39,523 nt of DNA, taken from contig JBDSCV010000214.1 in NCBI GenBank assembly GCA_039920905.1, positions 1 through 39,523 on the forward strand, read 5' to 3'. The stretch comes from Pyrinomonadaceae bacterium. GTDB taxonomy: Bacteria > Acidobacteriota > Blastocatellia > Pyrinomonadales > Pyrinomonadaceae. This document shows, piece after piece, positions 8,021 to 17,891 of this stretch (within the stretch, counting starts at the first letter, position 1; each line of letters begins with the position of its first letter). The notes under the pieces are model-generated. The model saw only the letters and a list, made by a program, of their open reading frames with translations. It searched no databases and had not been told where the DNA came from. The position numbers and the translations under genes were made by a program.

Positions 8021-8476
8021 TTACTTTTTCTTCGCCGCTACGATCTCGATGGCCTTTTGAATCCGACGAATACGCGTTTCCGGCGCCTTGGCTTCCACGA
8101 TCGCCCGGACGTGTTCCTTTCGATGAGTATAGCTCAGAGCCTCAAAGGCGTCGGATAAGCCATTAGCCGTCAAAGCCTCGGCGAGATCTTTTGGCACTGA
8201 AACAGTTCTCACATCTGTGTCACGCTCAACTGTAACTACAATGTGCTCACCGGCGTTAATTGCCGCCGCTTCACGAAATACCTTTGGAACTCCAAGACAG
8301 TAGACACCACCCATTCGAACGATCGATCCGCAATATTCGGCCCCATTTATCGATGCTTTTACGGGAACGCGCTTCGCACCAAAAACCTTTTCAACGTCAA
8401 ATGGAATTGTGATGCCAGTGGCTTCCATGCCAGGGTATTTTTCGAGCACGGTCTCGAATATTTGTTTCTCGGCCAT
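8021..8476 (-). CDS. DUF1905 / YdeI-like family protein
   Basis: 151 aa. GITIPFDVEKVFGAKRVPVKASINGAEYCGSIVRMGG is DUF1905-like. The C-terminal LSYTHRKEHVRAIVEAKAPETRIRRIQKAIE is YdeI/OmpD-associated-like. Confidence 0.65.
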   Translation of the reverse strand: MAEKQIFETVLEKYPGMEATGITIPFDVEKVFGAKRVPVKASINGAEYCGSIVRMGGVYCLGVPKVFREAAAINAGEHIVVTVERDTDVRTVSVPKDLAEALTANGLSDAFEALSYTHRKEHVRAIVEAKAPETRIRRIQKAIEIVAAKKK

Positions 8477-8537
8477 ATTTAACCTAAAATTTACACTTCC
8501 TCATCAATATAGATGAATCGAATTTAGCAAACTTGGT

Positions 8538-9413
8538 ATGACAAACAAAATTCGTAAGGCCGTTTTCCCTGCCGCGGGATTGGGCACAAGATTTCTCCCC
8601 GCGACAAAGGCGTCGCCTAAGGAAATGCTGCCGCTGGTTGATAAACCCCTGATCCAGTATGTGGTAGAAGAATCGGTTGCAAGCGGCGTCGAGTCGATAC
8701 TGATCATAACTGGCCGTGACAAGAGCGCGATCGAAAACCATTTCGACATTTCGTTTGAGCTTGAGCAATTGTTAAAAGAACGCGGCAAGCAGGCGCTTTT
8801 TGAGCGGGTTCGGGCGATCTCTGATATCGCCCAGATCAGTTATACGCGGCAAAAACAGGCGCTCGGCCTTGGCCATGCGATCTATCAGGCAAAAGATTTT
8901 GTTGGCAGCGAGCCGTTCGCAGTTTTGCTTGCCGACGACATAGTCAACGGAAAAAAACCTGCGTTACAGCAAATGGTTGAGGTATTTGAGAAATACAATG
9001 CGCCTGTGATTGCGACGATGCAGGTCGATGGCGAGAGTATTTCCCGGTTTGGCGTTATCGACGCTGACGAGGTCGAACCGAACATCTATAAGATAAATGA
9101 TATGGTTGAAAAACCCGCCTACGCCGATGCCCCGTCGGATCTTGCTATCATTGGCCGATATATCTTCACATCCGATATATTTGAGGCGATTGAGCAGACG
9201 CCGCCAGGTTCCGGTGGTGAAATTCAGATCACCGATGCGATGAAGATCCTCTTGAAAAAACGGCCTTTCTACGCTGTTAAACTAGAAGGGAAGCGGCACG
9301 ACGCAGGTGACAAGCTCGGATTTCTCATCGCCACAGTTGAACTCGCGTTACAGCGTGAGGACCTCGGTGACGAATTTCGCAACTACCTCAGAACACTGAA
9401 ACTTGATAGCTAG
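8538..9413 (+). CDS. galU: UTP--glucose-1-phosphate uridylyltransferase
   Basis: 291 aa. KAVFPAAGLGTRFLPATKASPKEMLPLVDKPLIQYVVEE and VEKP are the canonical GalU motifs. Confidence 0.93.
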   Translation: MTNKIRKAVFPAAGLGTRFLPATKASPKEMLPLVDKPLIQYVVEESVASGVESILIITGRDKSAIENHFDISFELEQLLKERGKQALFERVRAISDIAQISYTRQKQALGLGHAIYQAKDFVGSEPFAVLLADDIVNGKKPALQQMVEVFEKYNAPVIATMQVDGESISRFGVIDADEVEPNIYKINDMVEKPAYADAPSDLAIIGRYIFTSDIFEAIEQTPPGSGGEIQITDAMKILLKKRPFYAVKLEGKRHDAGDKLGFLIATVELALQREDLGDEFRNYLRTLKLDS

Positions 9414-9434
9414 TGAGCTTTCTTGCTCTTAGAC

Positions 9435-12400
9435 CTAGAAAGCCTGAGAGAAACGGAAGTGAATTTGACCAGGTCGCAGCCTGTACTCGGCGTTTGGGGC
9501 CATATTTTGGGGTATCAGGAAAACTGGCGCGTTCAGCAGACGGCCGTAGTCGACGCCGAATTCACCCCCGACCGGCGTTTTGATCCTAAGGCCAAAACCG
9601 GCGGTGTGTGTCCAGACTGCACGCTGATTCTGTCCTGCAACGTCGTTTGCGGCAACTGTTGGTGCTTTAAATATGTCGCCGACTTTCCGAAAGACGTTAC
9701 CTCCATCGTAAAACGGCACGGCCCGAACGGCTTTGGCTAGTGGGATGCGAGCCTCCAGATTTATCACCGCCAAAGCATTGCCGCCAAAGGGAATAGTGAA
9801 CGGATCGAGAAAAACCGGTTCACGGCGGCTATTGCGAAAGGAGCCTTGCGGAACGATGACGACACGCGGGCCGGCCTCTTCAAAATCGAAACCTCGAAGC
9901 GTATTTGCTCCGCCCGCGAAGAATCTCTCGCTGATCGGCAGCAATCCATTTAAGGACGGGAACTGAGCACTTGTAAATCGAGTGTCTTTGGAAAAGAGGC
10001 TGCCAAGACCGATGATCGCTCGCCCTGCGAATGTAGTATTTTTGAGCGCCGCGACTGTGTAATAGTAGTTATAGTTGGCCTGGAATTTTTGAAACCCGAC
10101 ATTCGCTCCTAAAGTCGGAATCGAAACGTTATAGTCTGCCGTCAAATAATCGCCTTTGGTCGGATCGCTGGCGTTATATCTACATGGCTCCGTCTGCTCA
10201 CCTTTTGCGATCAGATCAAGCAGCGAATATTTTATTGAGCAATTTTGTCGTGTGTCGCGGGCAAATGTTGCCCCAAATCCAGAGATTCGTGTCCGGGCAT
10301 CGGGACGCAAGAGGTCCCTGCTCAAAAGGCTTTCGATCTTAAATAGCCGCACATCCTCAAATTTATATCTTAGAAATAGAATGCTCCGGTTTCTTCGGCT
10401 GATCGTCCGGCTTGTCTCGGCCGAAATTCCAAACCGGTTTATCGTTGGGCTTCCTATCTTGGCGCCAAATTCGTCTATCGGGTTTCCGGTTGCATCCACA
10501 CGCTGGACGATACCGAACGTACCTCTATCAAAAGCTGAGCGGAAAAAACGCGTTACGGTCGAGTCGCGTTGGTACTGAACGGAGAAAGTAAGCGGCGCGA
10601 AACGCTTTTGACCATCGCGGATAAATCGCGGATTGATAAAGTCAAACTGCACCAACTGCTGTCTTTGGCTCACTTTTATGCGGGCGCCGCCCTGCCAGAG
10701 ATTTCCAAAGAGATTGACGTGACGTATATCGAAAAAACCACTCAGGCCAAGATCTGTTGAGAAACCGCCACCGTATGAAAGCAAACGCGGCGGCTGTTCA
10801 TCGAGATTGACGATAATGTCTGTCAGGCGGCTGCCATCTGCCGTATCCCCGGCGGGCTGAGGTTTGATCTCGACACGCGAGAAGGCGTCTGTGCCGTAGA
10901 GATTTTGTTCGCTGGAATATATGTCAGCCGAACGAAGGAATTCGCCGGTTTTCAGCGTCAGCGCTCTCAAAACGGCATCCGTTTTTGTCGTCTCGTTGCC
11001 GTTTATAAGAATGCGGTTTATTAATACGTTTTTGCCTTCGCCCTCAATCTTAAATTCGATTTTGATCTCTCTTTTCTCGGCATTTGGTAATGCGGTATCC
11101 TCTACGACCGATGAGTTTACGCGGGCGTCGTAGTAACCCTGATTTGAATAGTATTCGGAAAGTTTCCTGACTGCATTTCTGATTCTAGCCCGCGAGTAAT
11201 TCCGTCCTGTCAGGCTGGGTAACTCCGCAAGTAATTTGTCCGTACTCACAGCTTTGTTTCCGGTGATGCTAACACCGCTGACAACGGTTGGTACGCCTTC
11301 TTCGACAACAAAAGTTATGATCAGCTCCTCACCGTTTAACGAAACCCCCTGATTGACACGCACGACCGCGTCACGATAACCAAGTTCCGACATCAGCGAA
11401 CGGATCGTCGCCGCGTCGTCTTCGAGGATCGCGGCGCTCGTATAGCCGCGACCGTAACCTAACACAGGGATAACGCCTAAGATGTTTGCCTCCTGAGAGC
11501 TAAGCACCGTCCGTATGTCTTCAATACTTAATTTATCAGTGCCCTGGATCCGGATATCCGTCAATGTTAGTCTGCGGTTAAGATCGACGCGATATTTTAC
11601 CTGAACTTTGCGTCCAATCAGATCTTCACCGCCAAGAAAAGAACACAAAAACTCCGTTTCATTGTCGAGAGGATTATTTTCAGTATCGGTCAGGGACGGT
11701 GTGGAAGAGCAGACCGGTGTGACATTGGCAAAAAAATAACCTTGTTCCTGGTAATAATTTTCGAGACGGCGTTCCCCTTCGACTATTCCTGCGTAATCTA
11801 ACGTTCCCTCACGCTTTATCGGGAGTAGTTTGGACTGCGTACCGCCATCGAGTTTACCTTTTTCCGTTTCGACCAGAACGTCAACGGTCGGGCCGACCTT
11901 TCCTGCCAGCACGACCGAGATCGAATTAGAATCACTTTCGAACGTGACTTTAGGCTCTTCGAGTTCCGGGGCCAGAAAGTCATCTTTTCTCAACTGCTCG
12001 CGTATCTTGGCGACATCGGCCAACAGACGATCACGGGAGTAAGGGCCGTCCTTTCGCAGTTTCAGCGACTTTTCAGGAATCGGTTTATCATACCCCTGAA
12101 TATTGATCTGAAATTTATCGACTTTGGTTTGAACGTTCGGCGTAACGGTAAATGTCACGCCAACCTCATTTTCGTTTTGCAGCGGGCGTCGTCCATACAC
12201 TACGTCAGACTGATAAAACCCGCGTTCGCGCAGATAGTCCAGTATCTGATCGGCGTTGTTGCGAAGCGTTTGCTCGGTTATCGCCGTTCCGGGCGTGAGC
12301 AGGTTTAGTTTGAACAAAAGATCCTGTTCCGTTATCTTATCGCCGACCGTGCGTCCAATCACGATCGCAACTTTTTCGGCTTGGGTTTTCCGTTTTACAT

Positions 12401-12746
12401 CAAAGCGAAGCTCGACATCGCCCGCCGCGTTAAGTGCGGCCACAACCGTAACGGTATCAACTTTTTTGGTGTTGTATAGTGCCGCGATCGCATCCCTGAT
12501 CCGGGCTGAGGAGTACTCAGAACCGATCGCTTCGCGGACGATTACGCGATATTGCTCTGTAACCGGTGAATTGGTCCCGGAGGCTCCAATGCTTACGTCC
12601 ACCTTTGCGATTCGGTGTTTTTCGTATTTGTTTTGCGCGAGACCAGCAAAACAAAAGACGCAAACGAGGATGCAGATAAACGCAGAACGCATCGATCGTT
12701 GAACGTTTGCTGTTACTCGTCTGTCGATGCTAAACCCCTTATACAT
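9435..12746 (-). CDS. Omp85-family outer-membrane protein assembly factor (BamA/TamA-like), unusually long
   Basis: 1103-aa ORF. The likely start is the internal MRSAFICILVCVFCFAGLAQ at 12692, which gives a signal peptide. There is a long run of POTRA-like repeats (e.g. LRERGFYQSDV, YQEQGYFFANV, MSELGYRDAVV, YSNQGYYDARV). The C-terminal barrel has FFAGGANTLRGF and ends in F. Confidence 0.85.
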   Translation of the reverse strand: MYKGFSIDRRVTANVQRSMRSAFICILVCVFCFAGLAQNKYEKHRIAKVDVSIGASGTNSPVTEQYRVIVREAIGSEYSSARIRDAIAALYNTKKVDTVTVVAALNAAGDVELRFDVKRKTQAEKVAIVIGRTVGDKITEQDLLFKLNLLTPGTAITEQTLRNNADQILDYLRERGFYQSDVVYGRRPLQNENEVGVTFTVTPNVQTKVDKFQINIQGYDKPIPEKSLKLRKDGPYSRDRLLADVAKIREQLRKDDFLAPELEEPKVTFESDSNSISVVLAGKVGPTVDVLVETEKGKLDGGTQSKLLPIKREGTLDYAGIVEGERRLENYYQEQGYFFANVTPVCSSTPSLTDTENNPLDNETEFLCSFLGGEDLIGRKVQVKYRVDLNRRLTLTDIRIQGTDKLSIEDIRTVLSSQEANILGVIPVLGYGRGYTSAAILEDDAATIRSLMSELGYRDAVVRVNQGVSLNGEELIITFVVEEGVPTVVSGVSITGNKAVSTDKLLAELPSLTGRNYSRARIRNAVRKLSEYYSNQGYYDARVNSSVVEDTALPNAEKREIKIEFKIEGEGKNVLINRILINGNETTKTDAVLRALTLKTGEFLRSADIYSSEQNLYGTDAFSRVEIKPQPAGDTADGSRLTDIIVNLDEQPPRLLSYGGGFSTDLGLSGFFDIRHVNLFGNLWQGGARIKVSQRQQLVQFDFINPRFIRDGQKRFAPLTFSVQYQRDSTVTRFFRSAFDRGTFGIVQRVDATGNPIDEFGAKIGSPTINRFGISAETSRTISRRNRSILFLRYKFEDVRLFKIESLLSRDLLRPDARTRISGFGATFARDTRQNCSIKYSLLDLIAKGEQTEPCRYNASDPTKGDYLTADYNVSIPTLGANVGFQKFQANYNYYYTVAALKNTTFAGRAIIGLGSLFSKDTRFTSAQFPSLNGLLPISERFFAGGANTLRGFDFEEAGPRVVIVPQGSFRNSRREPVFLDPFTIPFGGNALAVINLEARIPLAKAVRAVPFYDGGNVFRKVGDIFKAPTVAANDVAGQNQRAVWTHTAGFGLRIKTPVGGEFGVDYGRLLNAPVFLIPQNMAPNAEYRLRPGQIHFRFSQAF

Positions 12747-12767
12747 TCAAAAATTTCTATACGAGCC

Positions 12768-15700
12768 CTAGAACCGCCTACGGAATCGAATTTCAAAACT
12801 AAAATTATCGCGGTTGCGGGTCACGTTGCTCAATGACCGTTGTTCATACTGAGCGACAAAAGACAGCTTATTCGACACGCGATATTCCAGTGCCAGTAGC
12901 TGATTCTGATCCTGTGAGAGATTAGTCGAATAGGTAACACGCAAATTATTGTTAATCTGCCGTCCGACCGTCAGCCTGGCACCGGGGTTTACCGACTGTC
13001 CGGAAATAAGCGGGTCAATCTCAAACACGTTAAGGCCAAAGAGCTTATCGGTCGCTTTTCTGGCCGGATTATTGATGATAGCGTCGGTTAAAATTTCTGC
13101 CGCCGTATTGATGCCCGTTTGAGCAAGCGTCGGAATGCCGCCCGACGTGTTTGCCAGATTGCCGGTCGTTATCAATGAAACAACGTCTGCCTGAGGCAAA
13201 GCGGGACTGGAACGAACAGTCGCCGCAAGCTGCTCAGAGTCCTTGAGCGGCCCGGCAAGATTCACAAAGACCTGATAACCGCCGATCTCGGATTCGGCCT
13301 GAAGATTGATAACAGGTTCGATTGCAGTATCAGGCGGAAATTCCAAAACGCCCCGCTGCACGTCATAGCGTTCTTTTCGGAAAAAGATCGTGCCGCTATT
13401 AGCCGTGATCCGTCCTGACAAACGCGGATTATTTGCGTCACCCGTCAGCACGAGTGAAACTGACGCCGTTAGGTCCGCAATATTGTTTCGCACCACGAGA
13501 GCGTCGCGGCCCTCGATGATCAGATCGAATCGCGGAGCCGTGATCGACCCGCCGCCGCCGGAAAGTACGGGATCGCGCCGCCCTCCGATGAGATTTGCGA
13601 GATCAATGTCCTTGGAATAAAGACTGCGCTTGGCGAACACACGCCCGCCGATCGTCACTTGCAGACCATCCGTCCGGTTGCGTCGAATGCCCGATATCTC
13701 AAGCTGTGCGTCACCGGTCGTAATAAAATCTTTCGGCAGGGGAACCGTAACATTGTTGCCGTCCAGCGAGAAACGGAAAGCCTGAACAGCGAGTCCGTCG
13801 AGAGAGCCGCCACCGCTGGCAACAAACTTGCCGCCGCCAAGATACCCGGTCGCTTCTTCGACCTCAACCTGATTAGATGTAAAGATCAGACGGGCCTTCA
13901 AACGATCAATTGTGAAGCGGTCAGACCCTAAGAACGTGGCCACCGAACCGTTTACGATATTTGCCGTGCCTGATAGACGGGCGGTCGAATTTGGCCCCGA
14001 AAGCCTAACAGATGCGTCAGCAAAACCCGCAAAGAATGTATCTTTTGATGCGAGATTGAGCAAATTTAGATTTACCCGACCATCAATCGAAAGATTATTT
14101 ATGCCGTCATCCGTCAGGGCCTTTGTTCCCGCGATGGTCATATTCGAGCCGCCGCCGGCAAATCGGGCCCGTTCAAAATTTATCTCGCGAGTGTTAAATC
14201 TGATCAAAATCGGCTCGGCTGCGGCTAACGGCGTATCTTGTATCTGGAGAGCAAGCTGTGAGAATTGGGCCGTGCCGTTGAGATTTGCCGCAGTGTAAAT
14301 GCGGTTACCTTTGTCGTCGAGCTGTGTCAGATTGCCACTCAATTCGATCCGCCCGGTGCCGATTCCGGTGATCGGCAAGCCCTTTGCCTGTGGAACGAAT
14401 GCCAGAAAAGGTGATATTGGGCTCTGATTAAAGTCGGTAGCAACCGAAAAGGGTAAATTTGCGTCGGCGAAATTAACTGAGGCGTTTATCACTTGCGGGT
14501 GGCCGTCGAGGCTGGCGGTGAGATCGGCGGTAAGCATCTGATTCACGGTCTGACCCTTGAAAGTAATCTGGCCAAGCGTGGTTTCGTTCACCCGAACACC
14601 AGGCGAGGCGCCGCTGAAATTAACATTATAGGTCGGCGTCCGATCCAAAATGCCGGTAGCTTTCGCCGTAAAATCCACATCGCCGGTGATAACCGGAATG
14701 CTGTCACTCTTTGGCAAAAGGGCCAGCACAAGCGGCAGCGGAAGTGATTTTCCGCCAAGGTCAAAATCGAAAGTCTGAGACGCACGGTCATAGTTACCCA
14801 TTGCGGTGAGACGGCCCGTCCCGATCTGCATTTCCCCGCGTTGCAGGTCAATCGTGGTTCCGTTAAACACGGCCTTTACGTTTAGATTATCGAATGTCTG
14901 ACCCGCGATAATTCCTTTGGCGGCGGCTAGATTGATCTCGCCCCGAGATTCATTTGGAAGGCCGCTTATATCGATCGTCCCGGACGTTTGGCCGTCCAGA
15001 TCGCGGATCCGTTCCGGAAGTTCGACTGGCAGCGCAGCCAGCAAGTTACCGGCGTTTACATTTGTGAGTGTTGCTTTGACGGCGACATTATTCTTTCCCG
15101 TGTTGGGAACACTTACGGTGAACAACGCATTTCCACCGTTTCTTTCCTGCAATTTGCCGTTACGTAGTTCAACACCGAGGGGCGAGACAAATATGTCCGT
15201 CGCAACGCTGCCAAGCTCGCGTCCGCGTAATGAGATCGAGTCGAGCGAAGAGCGCCCCTCGATCGTCGGATCGGATAAATTTCCGGTAACAGTTCCGTCA
15301 AACGTAAGATTCCCGGCAATCTGTACCTGCATCGAATCAAGCTGTCGCTCGAGCTCCGCCGAGATGCCAAGCACACGCACCAAACGCTCGATCTCGTTCG
15401 CGTCGGTTGATCTCAATGCGAGTGTTAGATTTGAATTCTCGTCCTTTAGATCAAAACGCCCGGTCGCCGTTAGGTTGCTTTTCTCCGAATTCAACCTCGC
15501 GAGATCGACATTGAACAGGCCGCCTGCGGCACTCAATTTAATCTGCCCGTTCACGGGAATCAGGCCGCGTTCCGCGGTCCCGGCGTTAGCCGTAATGTCC
15601 GCATTTAGAGTTCCCGATGCGGTACGAAAGTTTGTGCCGTTAAATGTAAGATCAACGTTCCCGGTTGTTTGCCCCTCGATCGGTGTGATGCCGCCGCCCT

Positions 15701-17885
15701 GTAGAGCGAGCAGTTTTGAAATATCAAGATTGGAAAAATCACCCTTTAATGTTGATAAGCTGCGGTTATTGAGAGCGATCACGGCGTTGCCGTTTAGCTG
15801 GCCGTTCATCACGTCGGCCGTTATTTCGTTCAGGGCCACGCGGTCATTGTCTACATCAACCTTAACCTTTGCGGCACCAAGCGACACGCTGCCGAGCGCG
15901 CCGCCGCCGAGGCTCATATCCGCCGTAGCACGATAGCGGCCGGACGGCTCGAGTATAAAAACAGGTTTGTATATCTTTACGGCTTCGAGCGTTCCGCCAT
16001 CGGGCAAGCTTTTAGTTTTTGCCAGTGCCACATTCCCGGCGTCAATGTCGGCTGAGCGAACTTCGACATGGCCTTGCCTGATAGTGAGCCGGACGCCGCC
16101 AATATTAATGCTGCCCAGTGTTGCCGAGCCGGTATCGATCTTAGCTACGCGAAGCTTGTCGGAATAAACGACGGTTCCAGCCGATGAATTGTCGATATTT
16201 ACCGACGGAGCTTCGAGACCGTCAACCAATGCGCCATTCATATCCAATTGACCGACGCGAAGATTTTTGGCCGTCACATTGGTCGAATTTGGCAGATCGG
16301 TAAACCTAAAATCGTCAACCGACACATTTTTGACTTTATTATTTTTGATCTGTGCGGTTTCCGATCTTATATTGTCCAGATCGACGTGCGTCACGCCTTT
16401 TTGGTTTTTAACGCGAACATTTCGCCCGATCAGCCCCTGTAAACTGTAATCGTCAGTAGTAAATGATCTGGCCTGAATATTTGGAACAGTAACATTCACG
16501 ATGTCGCCGTTTACCGACAACTTGAGGTTCCGAGCCTTCAGTTCTGCAAATTCGTTATCCTTGATCGAAAATTTTAGCACCCGGCCGTTGCCTGATTCGA
16601 CTCGAAACTGCCTGTCTTTGTATTCGGCAAGAGCATCCGAGAGAAATAATCCGCCGAGCGTCAATGACTTTGATTTTGCTGCCGCCGCCTGTAATTCGCC
16701 AACCCAACGGAAATCCGTTCCCCTTCCCCGCACGTTTCCGACCATCTTAAGGAAATCGACGCGAAAATCTTCAAATGTCAGCATCTCAGCGATCGCTGTG
16801 CCGTTTGCCTCATAATTTGTATTGGTCCCGGCGACGGTCGCCGCTACGTTCAAAGCCTTGAGATAGACGCCGCCGGCCCGCAAGGACGCGGCGTCGGCCT
16901 CGCCTTCGATCTTATAGGTCTCGCCTTCGCCGGTGACCTTACCCTTAAAATTCCCGACGCCAATGAGTGATGTTCCAATCGGTAAAATGCTCGACGCCTG
17001 TGTCAGATCGACCGTAGATTGAATATCAAAATTGTATTTCGGGGCGGCCCAGTCGGTTAAAGTTCCCGCTAAATAGGAAGTGCCGATCGGCGTTTCAAGG
17101 TCAAACCTGCTGATCTCGGCGCCGTAACGGTCGGCGATCCCGATGGCCCGAATGTCGATCTTCTCGACCACGCTGCCGTCATAATTAAAATTCGAATCGG
17201 TAGAGGTTAGATCAAATTTATAGCGTCTTTGTTCCTCAGCGACTTCGCGATTTTCTGGTGAGAGCAGAAATAATAAATTTTTAGCGTCAGCCGTGATCTT
17301 TCGTGAGACGTCGCCAAAATGAACCACGCTGTCGGTAAGCGAAAAATCCGCCGAATCGTATTTAAAGTTTACGCGGCTTCCAGCCTGATCCTCGACAAGT
17401 TTTAGATTGGTAAAATTTGAACGCCCGTTCTCGTCAAACTTAACCCACGCTTCCGCACCCGATATTTCGGTTTTATCAATACTGATATCGCGGCTCATTT
17501 GCCATGCGTAAAGATTTTGAACCGATAATTCGAAATGGGCGTTACGGATAAAAAACAGTTTCTCACCGCTGACCCGATCATTGAAGGTCGCATTCTGGAG
17601 TTCCAATTCGAGCGGATTTACCGTTAGCCGGAAAACATCAGCGTCAAAGACCACGCCAATGTCCGCCATTTTCGAGACAAACTGGGTTTTAACATAATTG
17701 TCGAGAACTCCGTACCGGAACGCAACGACCGAGAGCAGCGAGACCAACACGCCCAGGATCACGATCAGACCGACCGAAATAACGGCATTGCGGCGCGTAA
17801 AATACCTGCGCGCTTGTCTGGCGGGAGGCGCTTCGGCCGGGTCTTGCTCACCTTTCGGGGTGTTTTTGATCTCTTCTTCCGACAT
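12768..17885 (-). CDS. tamB: translocation and assembly module protein TamB (AsmA-like/DUF490)
   Basis: 1705 aa. There is one N-terminal TM anchor (VISVGLIVILGVLVSLLSVVAF) and a long beta-rich body. The C-terminus, LTVGRQINNNLRVTYSTNLSQDQNQLLALEYRVSNKLSFVAQY, is typical of the TamB DUF490 end. Confidence 0.85.
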   Translation of the reverse strand: MSEEEIKNTPKGEQDPAEAPPARQARRYFTRRNAVISVGLIVILGVLVSLLSVVAFRYGVLDNYVKTQFVSKMADIGVVFDADVFRLTVNPLELELQNATFNDRVSGEKLFFIRNAHFELSVQNLYAWQMSRDISIDKTEISGAEAWVKFDENGRSNFTNLKLVEDQAGSRVNFKYDSADFSLTDSVVHFGDVSRKITADAKNLLFLLSPENREVAEEQRRYKFDLTSTDSNFNYDGSVVEKIDIRAIGIADRYGAEISRFDLETPIGTSYLAGTLTDWAAPKYNFDIQSTVDLTQASSILPIGTSLIGVGNFKGKVTGEGETYKIEGEADAASLRAGGVYLKALNVAATVAGTNTNYEANGTAIAEMLTFEDFRVDFLKMVGNVRGRGTDFRWVGELQAAAAKSKSLTLGGLFLSDALAEYKDRQFRVESGNGRVLKFSIKDNEFAELKARNLKLSVNGDIVNVTVPNIQARSFTTDDYSLQGLIGRNVRVKNQKGVTHVDLDNIRSETAQIKNNKVKNVSVDDFRFTDLPNSTNVTAKNLRVGQLDMNGALVDGLEAPSVNIDNSSAGTVVYSDKLRVAKIDTGSATLGSINIGGVRLTIRQGHVEVRSADIDAGNVALAKTKSLPDGGTLEAVKIYKPVFILEPSGRYRATADMSLGGGALGSVSLGAAKVKVDVDNDRVALNEITADVMNGQLNGNAVIALNNRSLSTLKGDFSNLDISKLLALQGGGITPIEGQTTGNVDLTFNGTNFRTASGTLNADITANAGTAERGLIPVNGQIKLSAAGGLFNVDLARLNSEKSNLTATGRFDLKDENSNLTLALRSTDANEIERLVRVLGISAELERQLDSMQVQIAGNLTFDGTVTGNLSDPTIEGRSSLDSISLRGRELGSVATDIFVSPLGVELRNGKLQERNGGNALFTVSVPNTGKNNVAVKATLTNVNAGNLLAALPVELPERIRDLDGQTSGTIDISGLPNESRGEINLAAAKGIIAGQTFDNLNVKAVFNGTTIDLQRGEMQIGTGRLTAMGNYDRASQTFDFDLGGKSLPLPLVLALLPKSDSIPVITGDVDFTAKATGILDRTPTYNVNFSGASPGVRVNETTLGQITFKGQTVNQMLTADLTASLDGHPQVINASVNFADANLPFSVATDFNQSPISPFLAFVPQAKGLPITGIGTGRIELSGNLTQLDDKGNRIYTAANLNGTAQFSQLALQIQDTPLAAAEPILIRFNTREINFERARFAGGGSNMTIAGTKALTDDGINNLSIDGRVNLNLLNLASKDTFFAGFADASVRLSGPNSTARLSGTANIVNGSVATFLGSDRFTIDRLKARLIFTSNQVEVEEATGYLGGGKFVASGGGSLDGLAVQAFRFSLDGNNVTVPLPKDFITTGDAQLEISGIRRNRTDGLQVTIGGRVFAKRSLYSKDIDLANLIGGRRDPVLSGGGGSITAPRFDLIIEGRDALVVRNNIADLTASVSLVLTGDANNPRLSGRITANSGTIFFRKERYDVQRGVLEFPPDTAIEPVINLQAESEIGGYQVFVNLAGPLKDSEQLAATVRSSPALPQADVVSLITTGNLANTSGGIPTLAQTGINTAAEILTDAIINNPARKATDKLFGLNVFEIDPLISGQSVNPGARLTVGRQINNNLRVTYSTNLSQDQNQLLALEYRVSNKLSFVAQYEQRSLSNVTRNRDNFSFEIRFRRRF

Positions 17886-17891
17886 TTATTC

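Noticed and set aside
14917-15936. Long antisense ORFs inside large genes. Examples are 339 aa at 14917-15936 opposite tamB, 206 aa at 18451-19071 opposite ribB, 229 aa at 38170-38859 opposite glcD, 183 aa at 7455-8006 opposite serS, and 178 aa at 24996-25532 opposite DUF4331.
   Set aside because: Their translations are low-complexity and Ser/Arg/Pro-rich, with no recognisable motifs. Each lies fully inside a strongly supported gene on the other strand, which is the typical shadow-ORF picture.
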